Origin: Anthoceros angustus
Taxonomy: Eukaryota; Plantae; Anthocerotophyta
DNA: 64,000 nt
Assembly (NCBI GenBank): GCA_010909165.1
Contig: VJWM01000019.1
Span: 496,001-560,000 of the forward strand
Direction: 5' to 3'
Of this stretch, positions 24,738-37,030 are shown piece by piece. Numbering within the stretch: position 1 is the stretch's first letter; each line of letters begins with the position of its first letter. The translations under genes and the position numbers were made by a program. The notes under the pieces were generated by a model, which was not told the origin of the DNA, searched no databases, and saw only the letters and a program-made list of their open reading frames with translations.

Positions 24738-25515
24738 GGTTCAAGTTAGATGCATCTTGTTGTAGCATCTCATACATGTTAGCTAGTAGAGCATATTGTG
24801 TTTTTTAAACATGATATTTTGTTTTTAAATTGTATGTCTGTGTACTTGTGCACAAAGTATAATATAAGCTTCATTTGAGTGCCTATTATTTTATTCTTGC
24901 CTCAAGATTTAAAAACTTTGAATATTATCATTTTGTATAGGTATATGGAACTTGGTTTTCGATTAATCTATATTGTCTTCGTAAATTGCAATAAAAAATA
25001 TTTACTCTTTATCACTAAAGATCTATACACGAGTATGCCACATTCTCATTAAGGCTAGCATAAGGCTAGTTCGATGGTCTGATTGCCATGACTAAAATCA
25101 TGAGCACATCTTTCCAACACCTCGTTGGACGACGGCATGGAAACCTGTCCCGATGGATATATATCTTCCATGATATCTTGAATCCCGGGCATGCAAGAGA
25201 AATCCTCAAGAAGACTGAACCCCTCTGCGACAACCCCCGCAGCTGGACTGACCAGGCTGGACGTTCCGTCCGGACGGGGTTACCAGTTTGCAGGACAGCA
25301 GATTTTTTTTTTTTTTAATTTGGTATTTTGAAAATAAATCAAAACAACCCCGGGGGAGAAAGCAGGACAGCAGATGGCGAGGCACAGTTCAAAACGTGCT
25401 AATTTCCCGACAACCACATAACCGAAGAACCACTGAAGTCGTCCGGCACCAATGACGTTGGTTGTGAGTCAAGGGTGTGCCACAGCTCTTCCACGAGGCA
25501 CACGCAGTCTGTCGG

Positions 25516-28500
25516 TCATCCGCGCTGGAGTACATGAGCTGCCTCGGCACGTGCTTCTCCTAGAAGCTGTGAAAGGCCTTGAAACAAACGCGAGTGTACT
25601 CCGTGAGTCGAGCCTAAAATCTCATGAGCGCGAGTCAAGGCCGTCACAGCCTCTGACGTGTGGCCCAAAAACCTGCCATGATCCTCGTGAGTTCGAACTT
25701 CTCAAAGTACTGTCCGGGCAACCGATCATACACTAGGTGGTTGTGGATGCAAGTCAGTAACACGGGTACTCACCACTCGAGCTTCGCCAGAAAATACAGC
25801 TCCAGACCCAGAAGGGGGAAGTAAGGTGGATATATCCCTGCAGTTTGGCGAACAATTCTCTTTCAATGAGGCCGGAAAGAAGTATTGACTAGTCAGTGGG
25901 AGGCTTTCTAACTTACTCTCGTAGACGGGAAGTGTCAGCTTGGCATAATGTAGAGCACTTCGCCAGTCCTCTGTCTCCATACAAAGCTGCAATTTTAGAC
26001 AACACTGAATCAACACCCTGCCACTGGAGCCTGCACGCTCTCAATGTTTGAGACGAACAGACAAGACATGTACCTTCATCAGACTATCTCTAGTTCTCAT
26101 CAGGAAAACTGAGTAAGGGTGCCAGACTTTGAGCTGCTCCTCTTCTGCTCGTTCATAGGCTTTTCTCGCTTCCCTGGTTTCTGAGAAAGACTGGTAAAAG
26201 AAATGCTACACGTTCTCACTTACATGGCCTAGGGTTGCAAGTAAACAGAGTGGACAGTAAAAAGGATACTTCCAGAGGAAGTGAGACCTGCTGCTATTTG
26301 CAATAGCCGTTCAGATTTGCTGGCTACCTTCCGAAGATCAGGTGCTGACCGCTCAGTGCCACAGAAGTGACATGCATAATTGCCAGCTACGTGGGAACAA
26401 GGCGAAACCACATCACTGGAATGGTGTACCAAGCAAGTCCCACATTCTCACTTCCAAAAAAGTGTCCAATGATCCTGGTCCAGACCAGTGAAGGCAAAAC
26501 AGAGATGTACCAGCTGACGGATGTAAAGTGCCTGCACAGTTCAGATTTGAGCATCTATATCCTTCGAGCATAGCATCTTCTTCACAATCCTGACAACCAA
26601 TGGACATTTCATCCATATTGACATGGAAAAGTAAGTGAAGCACAGACATCAAGAAAAAAAAGCAAATTTGTCAATCACTGGGCTAATGCATAGCCATAGC
26701 ATGAGACGAGGGAGGAAGGACAGCCGAACCTTACCCCATGACTGCACCGCAAACAGTTGCAGTGGAAAAAGTACTGAGTCCTCAAAGTTGCTCTGCGAGA
26801 GGATGTGCTAGCACCGAGCTCCACATAACTCACTGTAAGCTATGTGAACAGCAGGACAGGGTCTCAAACAGAGAGATATTGACTAAAAGCGCCAAACCTT
26901 TGTGAGGAGCGTTGTTCCACCAATGTTCCTGCACTGACTACAAGCATCAACACACCAGAAGACCACTTCTTACCTCAGAACCCTCCTCGATGTTCTCTAC
27001 TGCACGTAACACTGCCCGCTTGCCCTCAAATAACAATACAAGATTCGGGGAGCAACTGTGTGAATACACAAGTCAGTTTTTTTCAAATAAAACGTGTGGA
27101 ATGCTATCTCCTTAACCAAGTTTCGGAAATACTACTACAAGCATCACCTGTGATTGACAATAGATATGAGAGGATACAGTCCAGTCCCCAATGGCCTCAA
27201 TTCTTCATCACATATTGTATGCGCATTGCAGGCAAACTACAATCCAAACAGGAAACATCAGAAAAACAATAAGCTGCATTCAGTCTTCCAAGGAAGAGCA
27301 GAAGCTGAAGATGTTACTCGGCAAAAGTTCTCCGTGATCAACTTCACGTTGATGCCCTCGGGCACACCCAATAGTTTCACCAGATTTGCCATCTGTGCAT
27401 ACAAAACTAGTCTCTCCTCCCCAGTCTTCGACATGTCTGAAGAAGAGTCAAAGGCATGCATTTACAGTCTATGATTCCCTTCACGTTGAGGCCACTTGCT
27501 TAGCATTTGCAGAGGACTTGTATCCCGGAGGTATGGTTAGGATACGGCTAGGTAAAGCCTCGACAAGCCCGTAGTGGTCCACTGCTGTCCGGGGTATCAC
27601 CTACAAGGAGACTCTAGTTTTGTAAAACGGAACAATGTCAGATAGCAATCTGCACTTCAATACTCAACTCCTCTGGAAAATGTCAACTGCCAGGCACTCA
27701 TCCCACATCTACCGGCTAGAATTTAAGAGCAACTTCTGTTTACTGCTGAACAGGAACCATAATCCAGCTATGCACGTTGACAAAGGAAAAACGGCCAAAA
27801 TCATCAGTTCAAAGTACCTCCTCTTCTTGCAATTTCCTTCTTAGAAACAATCGAACCATTAAGGTCAGCGACGGCGTGGGCCTATGTTGCTTGTCCTTCC
27901 AGAGCTTGGCAATCGCTGCACATTCAGCCTGGTGCAATTTCCACACCTTCTTCTGGCAATGCGAGGAATACCAGATTGGACATGATTTCCACCACCAGTA
28001 GCCGAACAGGACTGTCCATGCATAGAGCTACCATAACTCTGACTGGGCTGCAATACTACTGGAATGGACCTATGCATACCTGGCAAGTGCTAGAGCAGTA
28101 CCATACGTTCTTACAAGCAGAACACCTCATTAATCTACTTGACTCTGTAAAGCAGCTGTCACACCTCTTCTCCTTCGACTCAGCATCAAGCACCGATACG
28201 TATGGTTCTTGCTCCAGAATCACTTCTCCTGTAAGCCAAGGCAACAAAATCTAGGGCATTTCAGCCTGTACAGCCCCACTCTGCACAACCTTCACTTCAG
28301 TCTCCGGCAGAATGCGGTAGACAGGAATCGGAGTGCAAAGCTCGTATGTAGTCAAACCTCTTAACTAGCATGCAAACGGGCGACTGACCTCTCGAGAAAT
28401 GACGGGACGCTATCAGACAGCGGCCCTTCTCCTCTGAGAAAATGACAGCAAGCGACCTGGCAGCCAGGCATGGCTGCAAGGGTAGATCGAAATCGTTCAT
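25516..28500 (-). CDS. ASHR1: SET and MYND domain protein (ASHR1/SDG37, SMYD-like), multi-exon
   Basis: KGRCLIASRHFSRG / EVILEQEPY..RCDSCF..LMRCSACKNVWYCSSTC / YRCSNLNCAG. The final exon LTRAHEILGSTHG..LGEARAEA ends at a stop at 25516-25518. Confidence 0.88.
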
Positions 28501-29499
28501 GCCGGCTCCAACTCTCGATGCTGTGCCAATGCTTCTCATTAGACTCATCAACAACAGTGAGATACGTATCATAATTTACCAGTGAGCACAAGGAGCAACA
28601 CACCTCAAATTTCAATTCCAAATACCTGAAGAGGCCGTTATCTTGAGCGACTCACAAGTAGATTGGCTTCAACGCTCGAACAGAGAAATAACTTGCTCGC
28701 TCTTTCGCGAACTCTCCTCATCACCAGCAGGCTCTACTCAAGGGCACTGGTCTCTCCCACGCACAGCGATTCTGACTCTCCACGAATGGTGTAACGATTG
28801 CCTCGCGGACTCGGTGCTGAAATTGAATTCTCCGTGAAGATTGAGAATACCATTATCGGGTCCCGGTACAATTCGTACTCAACTTCAATTTGTGAAGAAT
28901 TTGAAGCCTGAACCTTCAACGAGGTACTAGTAGGGCTTTCATGACTACCTACCTAAAAATTCCCATGGTTCAAGCTAGGTAATATGTGGATGGATGCAAA
29001 TTATGAGCCATATAAACGAGACATGGTCGTAGAGGTAAAAGTACGTTGCATATTAATTACTGGTGATGAAAGGACCTTTTATATCAATTATATTAGGATT
29101 AGTTAGAATGTCAAATATGCTAGCTCATACGATCTTACTTCTCATTCAACTACAATCTTGTAATGTTAAACATGTTTGCTCGTACTGCCTCATTCTTGAT
29201 TTTCATAATTAGTATAAGGCATATGATATCAAAACATATTAGCTCATACTACCTCATTCTTTAATTTTCACTTGTCATTACAATGTAACAAACATGACTG
29301 AACTAGGACTAGCACATACTATCTCGGACTACCATCTTAATAACACCAACTCATACTATTTCACAGTGCCATCTTACAATGTCTGACATGCCAGCTCATA
29401 CTAACTCACTCTAAATCTTTACACTATCCCACACTTAATTTTTACATCACTTCACCCTTGATTTTTATATTTTCTTAGACTGCCATCTTAATGATGAAC

Positions 29500-29940
29500 A
29501 CTGCCATCTTAAAGATGATAGTCAAATGGCTTCACATTGCCGAGTGAGCTAGGATAGTTGATACACCTTCACATTGTTGGGTGAGCTAGGATGGTTCATA
29601 CGGCTTCACATTGTCAGGTGAGGTAGGTTAGTTCATAAGACTTCACACTACCGGGTGAGCTAACTCACACTATAAACACTACCATCTTAACAATGATAGT
29701 TCCTACATGAGCTAGCTCACATTGTGAACACAACAATCTTAATGATGATTCATACGGCACCCATTTTAACGGTAAATCTAGTTCATATTCATACGGCTCT
29801 AAGGATTACTCTAGTTCATATGGCTTCACTAGGCCATGTGAGCTAGCCTAGCTCACACTATGGACAATGGTGCTAATCTCTAGCTAGTTCATATGGCTTC
29901 ATTAGGCAATGTGAGCATGCCTAGCTTACCCATGTGACAA
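29500..29940. repeat. Degenerate ~37-bp tandem repeat
   Basis: Units resembling GGCTTCACATTGCCGGGTGAGCTAGGATAGTTCATAC: about 4 adjacent copies at 29527-29665, plus scattered variants and CCATCTTAA motifs. Confidence 0.7.
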
Positions 29941-30190
29941 TGAAGAGAGCTAAGAAAATAAAATTCTTCTTCTAGCGGATACCACATGACAATGAAGAAG
30001 TTTTAAAGAAGTCAATGAAGAAGTTTTAAAGAAGTCTAGATGTGAGCTAGAAGATAATGCCAGCCTCTAGGAATGAAGAAGAACGGTCCCAATCACCAGG
30101 AGTCGGCATACTGCAATCCAATTCTTGAATTTGGTTGAAGAAAATAGGCAGGAGGCGACAGTATTAGCACTGAGCTGCTGTATCAGCACT

Positions 30191-30263
30191 TTCCGTTGCC
30201 GGGACTCGAACCCGGGTCGCTCGGGTGAGAGCCGAGTATCCTAACCGTCTAGACTACAACGGA
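30191..30263 (-). tRNA. trnE-CUC: tRNA-Glu (anticodon CUC)
   Basis: Reverse complement TCCGTTGTAGTCTAGACGGTTAGGATACTCGGCTCTCACCCGAGCGACCCGGGTTCGAGTCCCGGCAACGGAA. Complete cloverleaf, CTCGG/CCGAG anticodon stem, GTTCGA T-loop. Confidence 0.97.
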
Positions 30264-30512
30264 ATGTGCTAACTCAATAGATTTTTTTATAGTATATTTT
30301 TTTAAAGTAATTTTCAGATTATAGTGGAATTAAAAGTATATACGGTATTGTTGAAATTTTAATTTAGGTAGATAGGTATTACCGTCGTCAGTAAGTGTAG
30401 TTACCTAACAAGACGACATCTAAGAACAAAGGCTCCCGAACTCGTTCATACTCTGCGCACTGCGGTCTATGTGAAAGCTGAGGCCTGTGCACTGCAAGAG
30501 AGCGCTGTGGTC

Positions 30513-31100
30513 ATGGACATGCAGGAGGGAATGTCTTTGCCGCATGATGTGCTTGGGGCGCACGACTCTCTCAGATTTGGTTTGCCTGCTCTGAAACAAG
30601 ATGCCTTGCCGAGGCATCCTGCAGAGACCGTGCAGCGCACGCATCAGAAGTTGCATGAGGACACCAGGAAAACCATGCTAAGACACCTACAGGGGTCGGC
30701 TTTTGTCACAAAGCTGGACATTGAGCAGCAGATTCTGTCTCGGTAATGAGCTCCCCTGCCAGCTAGGACTTGCTCTTCTTCGTGTTTCGGAGACTTATAT
30801 GGTACTTGGGTGCGCAGCGTGCAACGGCCGCCAGGTTTGGTTCCTTCCTCCATGCTTGGCTTGGACTCCTACAATAGGACCCTGGAGAGCTTCGGTTTTG
30901 AAGACTATCTCAATGGTAAGCACTGTGTGCTGGAGCACACCTGAAGTTTGAGACTTTGTTAGGGCATGTTGTCTCATGACCTCCTCCTGGTGTCTGCAGA
31001 TCCGCGAGACTCTGAATTGTTCACACCAGCTGATTTGCATCATGGGATGGAAGTTCGGCTTGGATTGTCTAGTGGTCCTGTTTCCAAGTCGTTCACATGA
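30513..31100 (+). CDS. UMP1: Proteasome maturation factor UMP1/POMP, 2 introns
   Basis: SLPHDVLGAHDSLRFG..HPAE..KLDIEQQILSR / VQRPPGLVPSSMLGL..FGFEDYLN / DPRDSE..DLHHGMEVRLGLSSGP. Confidence 0.9.
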
Positions 31101-31273
31101 GCCCAGGTAGTGCATATGTTTTGCACCAGGATGTGTCCCTTTTCATATGGCAATTGTCAGCTTGAAGCTTTTCAGGAAAGGTTAGAGGATACAAGGACCT
31201 CTGCTACAAAGTGCTTGATAGCTTTGAACTAATTACATTAGGCTACCTACTGGGTTTCGAGAAAGTATTTGCA

Positions 31274-34200
31274 TCAATGCCGATCCCCACAAGAACACGA
31301 CCCATTCTGAAAACGGTGAATACGGTGTGCATCTCTAACTATTATCTCTCGCTCCTCAAGGCGTGAGAGAGTCTTAGTGCTACTGTGACAATCATCGCAC
31401 ATCCGCAGATTCTTTGTCACAAACAGAGTTGTGCCGTCGGTAGTGTTGAGAAGCCCATAAGCCAATGCCAGTTTCTCGGCATGCCCACACAAAGCATCCT
31501 CCTTCTCGCTCTGAGACATTGCCCTGTGGACCAACTGCGTGTGTGGTATGTGGCCTCCTTCATTCTTCATCTTCGAGCTTAGGTTTCTCGACTTCGATGA
31601 AAGTTCGTCCTCGCTTTCTCCCACAATGAACTCACGCACCTGGTTCTTCACTTCGATACATGCCTTTGCAGGCTTCTTCCAAGCACCTGCAGCAAGTCTC
31701 GACCTTTCTATCTCATCTACATTCCCCCACCTTCCAGCATTTGCAAAGATGTTGCCCAGGAGTACGTATGCAGATGCGTTTTGAGGATCCACAGTGGTAA
31801 GACGGTCAAAACATCTCTGTCCTCGTTCAACATCACCATGGCTTTTGCACGCACTCAGCAAAGATGTCCACGCTACAACATCGTTCTTGAATGGTTTTGT
31901 TAGCAAGATATCTTCTGCCTCATCTAGACGGCCCGACCGCCCAAGAAGATCAACCATGGAAGTGTAGTGATAATCACAGGGAGTAATGCCATGGTCGTCC
32001 ACCATTGTTTTCAAATACTGCTGGCCCTCATTCACAAGGCCGTTGTGACAGCACGCAACAAGAAGACAACTAAAAGTATCTCCATCCGGCTCGACACCTG
32101 CCTGCTGCATCTCCTTAAAACATTTGATTGCCATGCGGCCGTCACCGTGTCTGGCATACCCATTAAGCATCGCAGTCCAGGTCACCACATCTCTAGTGGG
32201 CAATGTGTCAAACACGCTTCGAGCATCGTCTATGCTGGCACATTTGGAGTACATGTCCACCAAGCAGTTACCAACAACCAAATCAGCTTCCAGTCCTCGT
32301 TCTCGAATCTGAGAATGCAACTGCTTGCCCTGATGCAAAGCTCCAACACTGGCACAGGCCTGAAGGAGGCACACAAAAGTAACATGACTGGCTGGAGTAA
32401 TGCCCTCCTGTTGCATACTTGCAAAAAGAGCCAGTGCATCTAGAGCAAGATCATGCTGAACATACCCTGAGATCATGGCATTCCATGTCACGACATTCTT
32501 TGTCTCCAAGCTGTCGAACATTCTGCGAGCTTCTATTACATCCCCCGATTTTGCATATCCCGTGATCATGGATGTCCATGTCACCACATCTTTTCTTGCC
32601 AATGTGTCAAACACGCCCCTTGCATCCTCCAAGCTCCCACAATTGGAGTACATGGCCACCAGGCAATTGCCCACAACCAAGTCATCTTGTAGCCCTAAAT
32701 CTCGAATTTCAGAATGAAGCTGCTTCCCCTGATCCAACGCTCCAATGCTGGCGCATGCTTGTAGGAGGGAAACAAAGGTGACATAGTTAGCTGTCAGGCC
32801 ATCCTGCTGCATACTCGAGTAAAGAGAAAGGGCTTCTTGACCGAGCCCATGCTCCACATATCCTGTAAGCATAGCATTCCAAGTGACCACGTTCTTTGTA
32901 GACAACCTATCAAATACCCTGCGTGCATCTTCCAAGCTCCCACACTTGGCGTACATGTCCACCAGGCAGCTGCCAGTAACCACATCAGCTTCCAGCCCTC
33001 GCCGCTGAATCTGTCGATGGATCTCCTTCCCTTCCTCTACATCTCCAATGCTCATACAGGCTTTCAGGAGGCACACGAATGTGACATGATTTGGAGCAGT
33101 CAAGCCCTCACGCTGCATACTTGCATACAAAGTGAGGGCTTCTTGACCGAGACCATGCTGAGCATATCCTGCAATCATGGCAGTCCATGAGACCACATCT
33201 CTTTTGGGCAACCTGTCAAATACCCTGCGGGCATCCCCCAAACTCCCACACTTCGCATACATATCCACCAAGCAGTTCCCAAGGACCACATCAGCTTCAA
33301 GTCCTCTTTCCCGAATCTCAGAATGCAGTTTCTTCCCTTCATGCAAAGCTCCAATGTCCGTACACGCTTTCAGGAGGCACACAAACGTGACATGGTCTGC
33401 CACAGCGATGCCCTCCTGCTCCATACTTCTGTACAGAGCAATAGCTTCGTCACCTCGGCTATGCTGAGCATATCCTCTGATCATGACCGTCCATGTCACC
33501 ACATCTCTTGCACGCAACCTGTCAAAAACTTTCCGAGCATCTGCCAAGCTCCCACATTTGGCATACATGTCCACTAAGCAGTTGCCCACAACCACATTCT
33601 GCTCAACCGCAGTCCCCACAACATCAGCATGCACTTCCCTCCCGAAAGCCAAATCCCCTGCACTGGCACAAGCTGTTAGAACAGCTGGGACAATGTACCC
33701 ATCCGGCTTGACAGTCGACTGACGCATCTGCCTATAGAATCCCATAGCCTGCGTAGGCCGTGCATTCTCTGCATGGGCCTTGATGATGGCACACCACATA
33801 AAGGCGTCCGGAGTGGCCACATTCTCAAACACTTGCCGTGCCTCCTGCAACCTCTTATGGGAAGCATACATACGGATGACATGGTTGGCCAGAAACGTAT
33901 CCGACTCGTACCCACTCTTGCGAATAATCTCATGCACACGCCTGCCCAGGGCCAAGTTCTTCTCGGCCACGCACCTTTTAAGCACCCGGTAGACGCAAGA
34001 GGTGTCAACATGGCATCCTCCTTGCACCAAGACGTCCAGGGAGTGAACAGTTTCACTGAGCTGTGCTTGCTCCCACACTTTGCTCCAGCATCCAGCTTGT
34101 GCATTGCCGTCATTTCCTGAAATGGAGCCCAGCTGAGCATCCCACACGGCTAGCTGCGACTCCACCCACGCAGGCTTGCATTCATTGTCCACAAACAGGC

Positions 34201-34399
34201 CCTCCTTGGACCTCTTGTGCCGGAAGTCAGGATCGCGGAAGCTTCTCTTGTCCTGCCTATTGTCCCACCACTGTCTAGGATCTGAGAACAGGTCCTGCCA
34301 TAACAGCTCCAGCCTGGCTCTCTTCAAAGCTTCCTGGCTGATATCAATCCCTGCAGACGAAGCTGCGGCTGGCGGCATGTAGAATCGACACGGATCCAT
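31274..34399 (-). CDS. PLS-class PPR protein with E1-E2-DYW:KP (DRH-ending) deaminase domain and N-terminal OSB-like PDF motif, intronless, 1041 aa
   Basis: 21 P/L/S motifs counted by eye, then E1/E2. KKPAKACIEV replaces the PG box. HAEKLA and CDDC zinc ligands. C-terminus CSCGDRH. N-terminal WQDLFSDPRQWWDNRQDKRSFRDPDFRHK. Confidence 0.96.
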   Translation of the reverse strand: MDPCRFYMPPAAASSAGIDISQEALKRARLELLWQDLFSDPRQWWDNRQDKRSFRDPDFRHKRSKEGLFVDNECKPAWVESQLAVWDAQLGSISGNDGNAQAGCWSKVWEQAQLSETVHSLDVLVQGGCHVDTSCVYRVLKRCVAEKNLALGRRVHEIIRKSGYESDTFLANHVIRMYASHKRLQEARQVFENVATPDAFMWCAIIKAHAENARPTQAMGFYRQMRQSTVKPDGYIVPAVLTACASAGDLAFGREVHADVVGTAVEQNVVVGNCLVDMYAKCGSLADARKVFDRLRARDVVTWTVMIRGYAQHSRGDEAIALYRSMEQEGIAVADHVTFVCLLKACTDIGALHEGKKLHSEIRERGLEADVVLGNCLVDMYAKCGSLGDARRVFDRLPKRDVVSWTAMIAGYAQHGLGQEALTLYASMQREGLTAPNHVTFVCLLKACMSIGDVEEGKEIHRQIQRRGLEADVVTGSCLVDMYAKCGSLEDARRVFDRLSTKNVVTWNAMLTGYVEHGLGQEALSLYSSMQQDGLTANYVTFVSLLQACASIGALDQGKQLHSEIRDLGLQDDLVVGNCLVAMYSNCGSLEDARGVFDTLARKDVVTWTSMITGYAKSGDVIEARRMFDSLETKNVVTWNAMISGYVQHDLALDALALFASMQQEGITPASHVTFVCLLQACASVGALHQGKQLHSQIRERGLEADLVVGNCLVDMYSKCASIDDARSVFDTLPTRDVVTWTAMLNGYARHGDGRMAIKCFKEMQQAGVEPDGDTFSCLLVACCHNGLVNEGQQYLKTMVDDHGITPCDYHYTSMVDLLGRSGRLDEAEDILLTKPFKNDVVAWTSLLSACKSHGDVERGQRCFDRLTTVDPQNASAYVLLGNIFANAGRWGNVDEIERSRLAAGAWKKPAKACIEVKNQVREFIVGESEDELSSKSRNLSSKMKNEGGHIPHTQLVHRAMSQSEKEDALCGHAEKLALAYGLLNTTDGTTLFVTKNLRMCDDCHSSTKTLSRLEEREIIVRDAHRIHRFQNGSCSCGDRH

Positions 34400-34776
34400 G
34401 GTCGTTGCTCAGTCCTTGGTTGCGAATCCTTGGCCGAACTACCCAAGTCTGGAATCGGAAAAGCGGGATTCACCGAGCTCACAGCCATAGCTCCCTACGG
34501 CATGTTCATCACAAGAGGCAATACGCAAGCCACCACCTACTTAGACAGCAGACTGATTGTGAAACTGAAGGGAGGAAGTGGTCCGCTATGACATTAAGAA
34601 ACAAAATAGGTCCGAACCTCGTTATTAAGATACAGCTCTACATGGAGCTCTGCTTCCAGTGTAGTGTACAGAGACGTGGCGATTTCTGACCATGGCAGTG
34701 AATGAATGTGCTACCCCAGCCAGATCCTGGCTGGAATTCGGCAGCAGATTGAATTAATTGTCTAGACTAGTCGGTG

Positions 34777-37030
34777 CTATTGCTGCTTCTTCCCTTTCGG
34801 TTGGGTACTGTCCTTTATGCACGCTGGATGCTTACGGCACCAAACTAAAGCATCCCGGTAGCCAAGGTCAAAAAGCTCCTCCATCTGGTGGTCTTCTGCA
34901 GGTACCAACATCCATCTCACAAGCTGTCCACATGAGACACAAGGCGTGTTAGGACAGCCACAAGTACGATTCTGCTTGAAATTCGCGTGTTTTCGAGTAT
35001 ACCTGGAAAAGGCTGGGTCTTTTCAATGAAGGATTGCAATCAGGGCTAATGCCAGATGTACCAAATCCTAGTCCTGGGAAGGGACAGACTCTGACCTGCA
35101 CATGATTAAAGCAAGCAGCACATAAGTCGGGGAAGCTGATTCACTTGGTTGTAAAATTCCAGGAGCACGCACTTACTGTATGATTGGCTGATGTAGGTGG
35201 CGCGAAAAATGCTATTCCTCCATCCAAACAGATGCGATTTCTGAAGAGTGTAACAGGCCAAGATGCAAAATATCTGAAACATCGGATCGTGGGGTCAGAA
35301 GACTCTTAACGAAAAGCGCTTCGAGAAGAGGTTTGGAATCGAAGCTTGAGCCTGCGGCAACATACAAGGGAATGTGGCAGGAAGCCAGCAGAGCATCCAA
35401 AAGATCTTCCTTGGAATCAAACTGATCCACGAGTAGCCCTTTCGGTGATCCAAATACCTGTGTGATAGACACTGCAAAACCCAACCAGCAAAAGACTCCA
35501 TCAGCCGAACAGATCGTAATGGCTGAGATCACCCACTTACTGCCCTTCAAGGCACTGAACAGAAAGCTTTCCTAAATCTACCGTGGCTTTACTGATGTGT
35601 GAACGTGCCTCTAATTCGACCATTAGCTCTCAGATGGGCATCCACTGGTAGGAACCTGTCCAAGAAGCGCCTCAAAACTGCCTGCATGAAAGAGAATGAC
35701 GTAGACATATGAGTAAGAGCAGATGCACTTTTCATTACTACCAGCTTATTACACAAGAAGGTGATCTATACCCCAAGTTTGAAGGCTGTTCCACCTTCCC
35801 GACATTCCCTCCCCAGTTCCTTTGTAGCCTCCAACGAATCCCGCATATTCACACCCCCAGCAACAACAGCACACACAAGGGCGCCCGCTGATGACCCTGC
35901 AAGGGGAGTATCTTCCTACAAGAAAAAACAACACGGATGATACCTGGTAAGTCTTCTTTTTATGCTGTAAGCTCAAACAAACTCTCCAACACTCCAACTG
36001 ACTCACAGAGACAAGGAACGACCGAATCCAGCAGGGAGGCAAGGTGTCTAACCTTGAGGAGGTTATACTCTTTCAAGCAATGCGCCACCCCCAGATAGTA
36101 GGGAAACAGTAGACCTGCAGCTGAGAAGGAGAATCCATGGCTAAGGTCCAGCCTCCTATTTTCCTCAGCTATCAAATCCTTCTTCCGGAGACCCCATTCA
36201 ACATTAGGGTTCACTTCATCTGCCTCGATGGACGCGATTTCCTCGTCGTCGTTCTCGATTCTCTCACCGCTTTGCAGCTGCTGTATTGCTTTCCTCCTTC
36301 TAGTCGGCAAGTTACTGTGCATCCCATCGCAGGAATCCGCAGAGAAGCAAACGCAGGTCGCCGATCCGCAACAGCGAGGATTGCGAAAGCTCTCCTCCTC
36401 ATCGTCCTCACCTCTCCCTCCACACTCTCCAGCCTCACATTCATCCGAAGCAGTGAACTGCGAATACTTCAACAGAACAGTCGCGTAAAGCTCGCCTAAA
36501 AGACTGCTAGCCTGCGCGTACAGAGATGCCAGACTCGCATCTCCCAGTTCAAGATTCGCCTCCGAAAGCTTATAAATCCACTCATAGTCTTGCCCAAAGT
36601 GCAACGCCGAATTCAAATTCCAGAGACCTCCTAAAAGCCCGTCTTCGTCATACACCTCATCGTTGGAAAAAGCAGCGTCATCCTCCCTCACAGCCGGCGC
36701 CACTCCAGCTCCAGCCGAGAAAGCGCGGGCCGAAACCACAGCCTCAGTCTCGCCGCCAGCACCAGGGGCAGCGCTTTCCGATGCAGATTCCAGACTCGCG
36801 CCAGGATCGCTTTCCTGCGTCAGGTACCTCTGGAACCATCTCTGCAGCTGAGCCAGCAGCAAGCCGCCGACCACGGCCACCAAGATCAAAATGGAGAAGG
36901 CCTGCCACAGGCCCATGAGCGACGTCACCAGCAGAGTCCGCTCATAGCTGGGAACCAACTTCTCCGGGAAGTTGAAATCCGCTAAAAACCCGGGAGCTCG
37001 GAATGCCATGTGCATTTTCAGTTCCCTCAA
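34777..37030 (-). CDS. Patatin-like phospholipase domain protein, multi-exon
   Basis: FSFSAAGLLFPYYLGV, GSSAG nucleophile elbow, LLASCHIP, FRNRICLDGGI, GISPDCNP, LFDLGYRDA. Stop at 34777-34779. Start uncertain. Confidence 0.88.

Noticed and set aside
31385-34382. Many plus-strand ORFs with internal repeats
   Set aside because: Antisense shadows of the PPR repeats.
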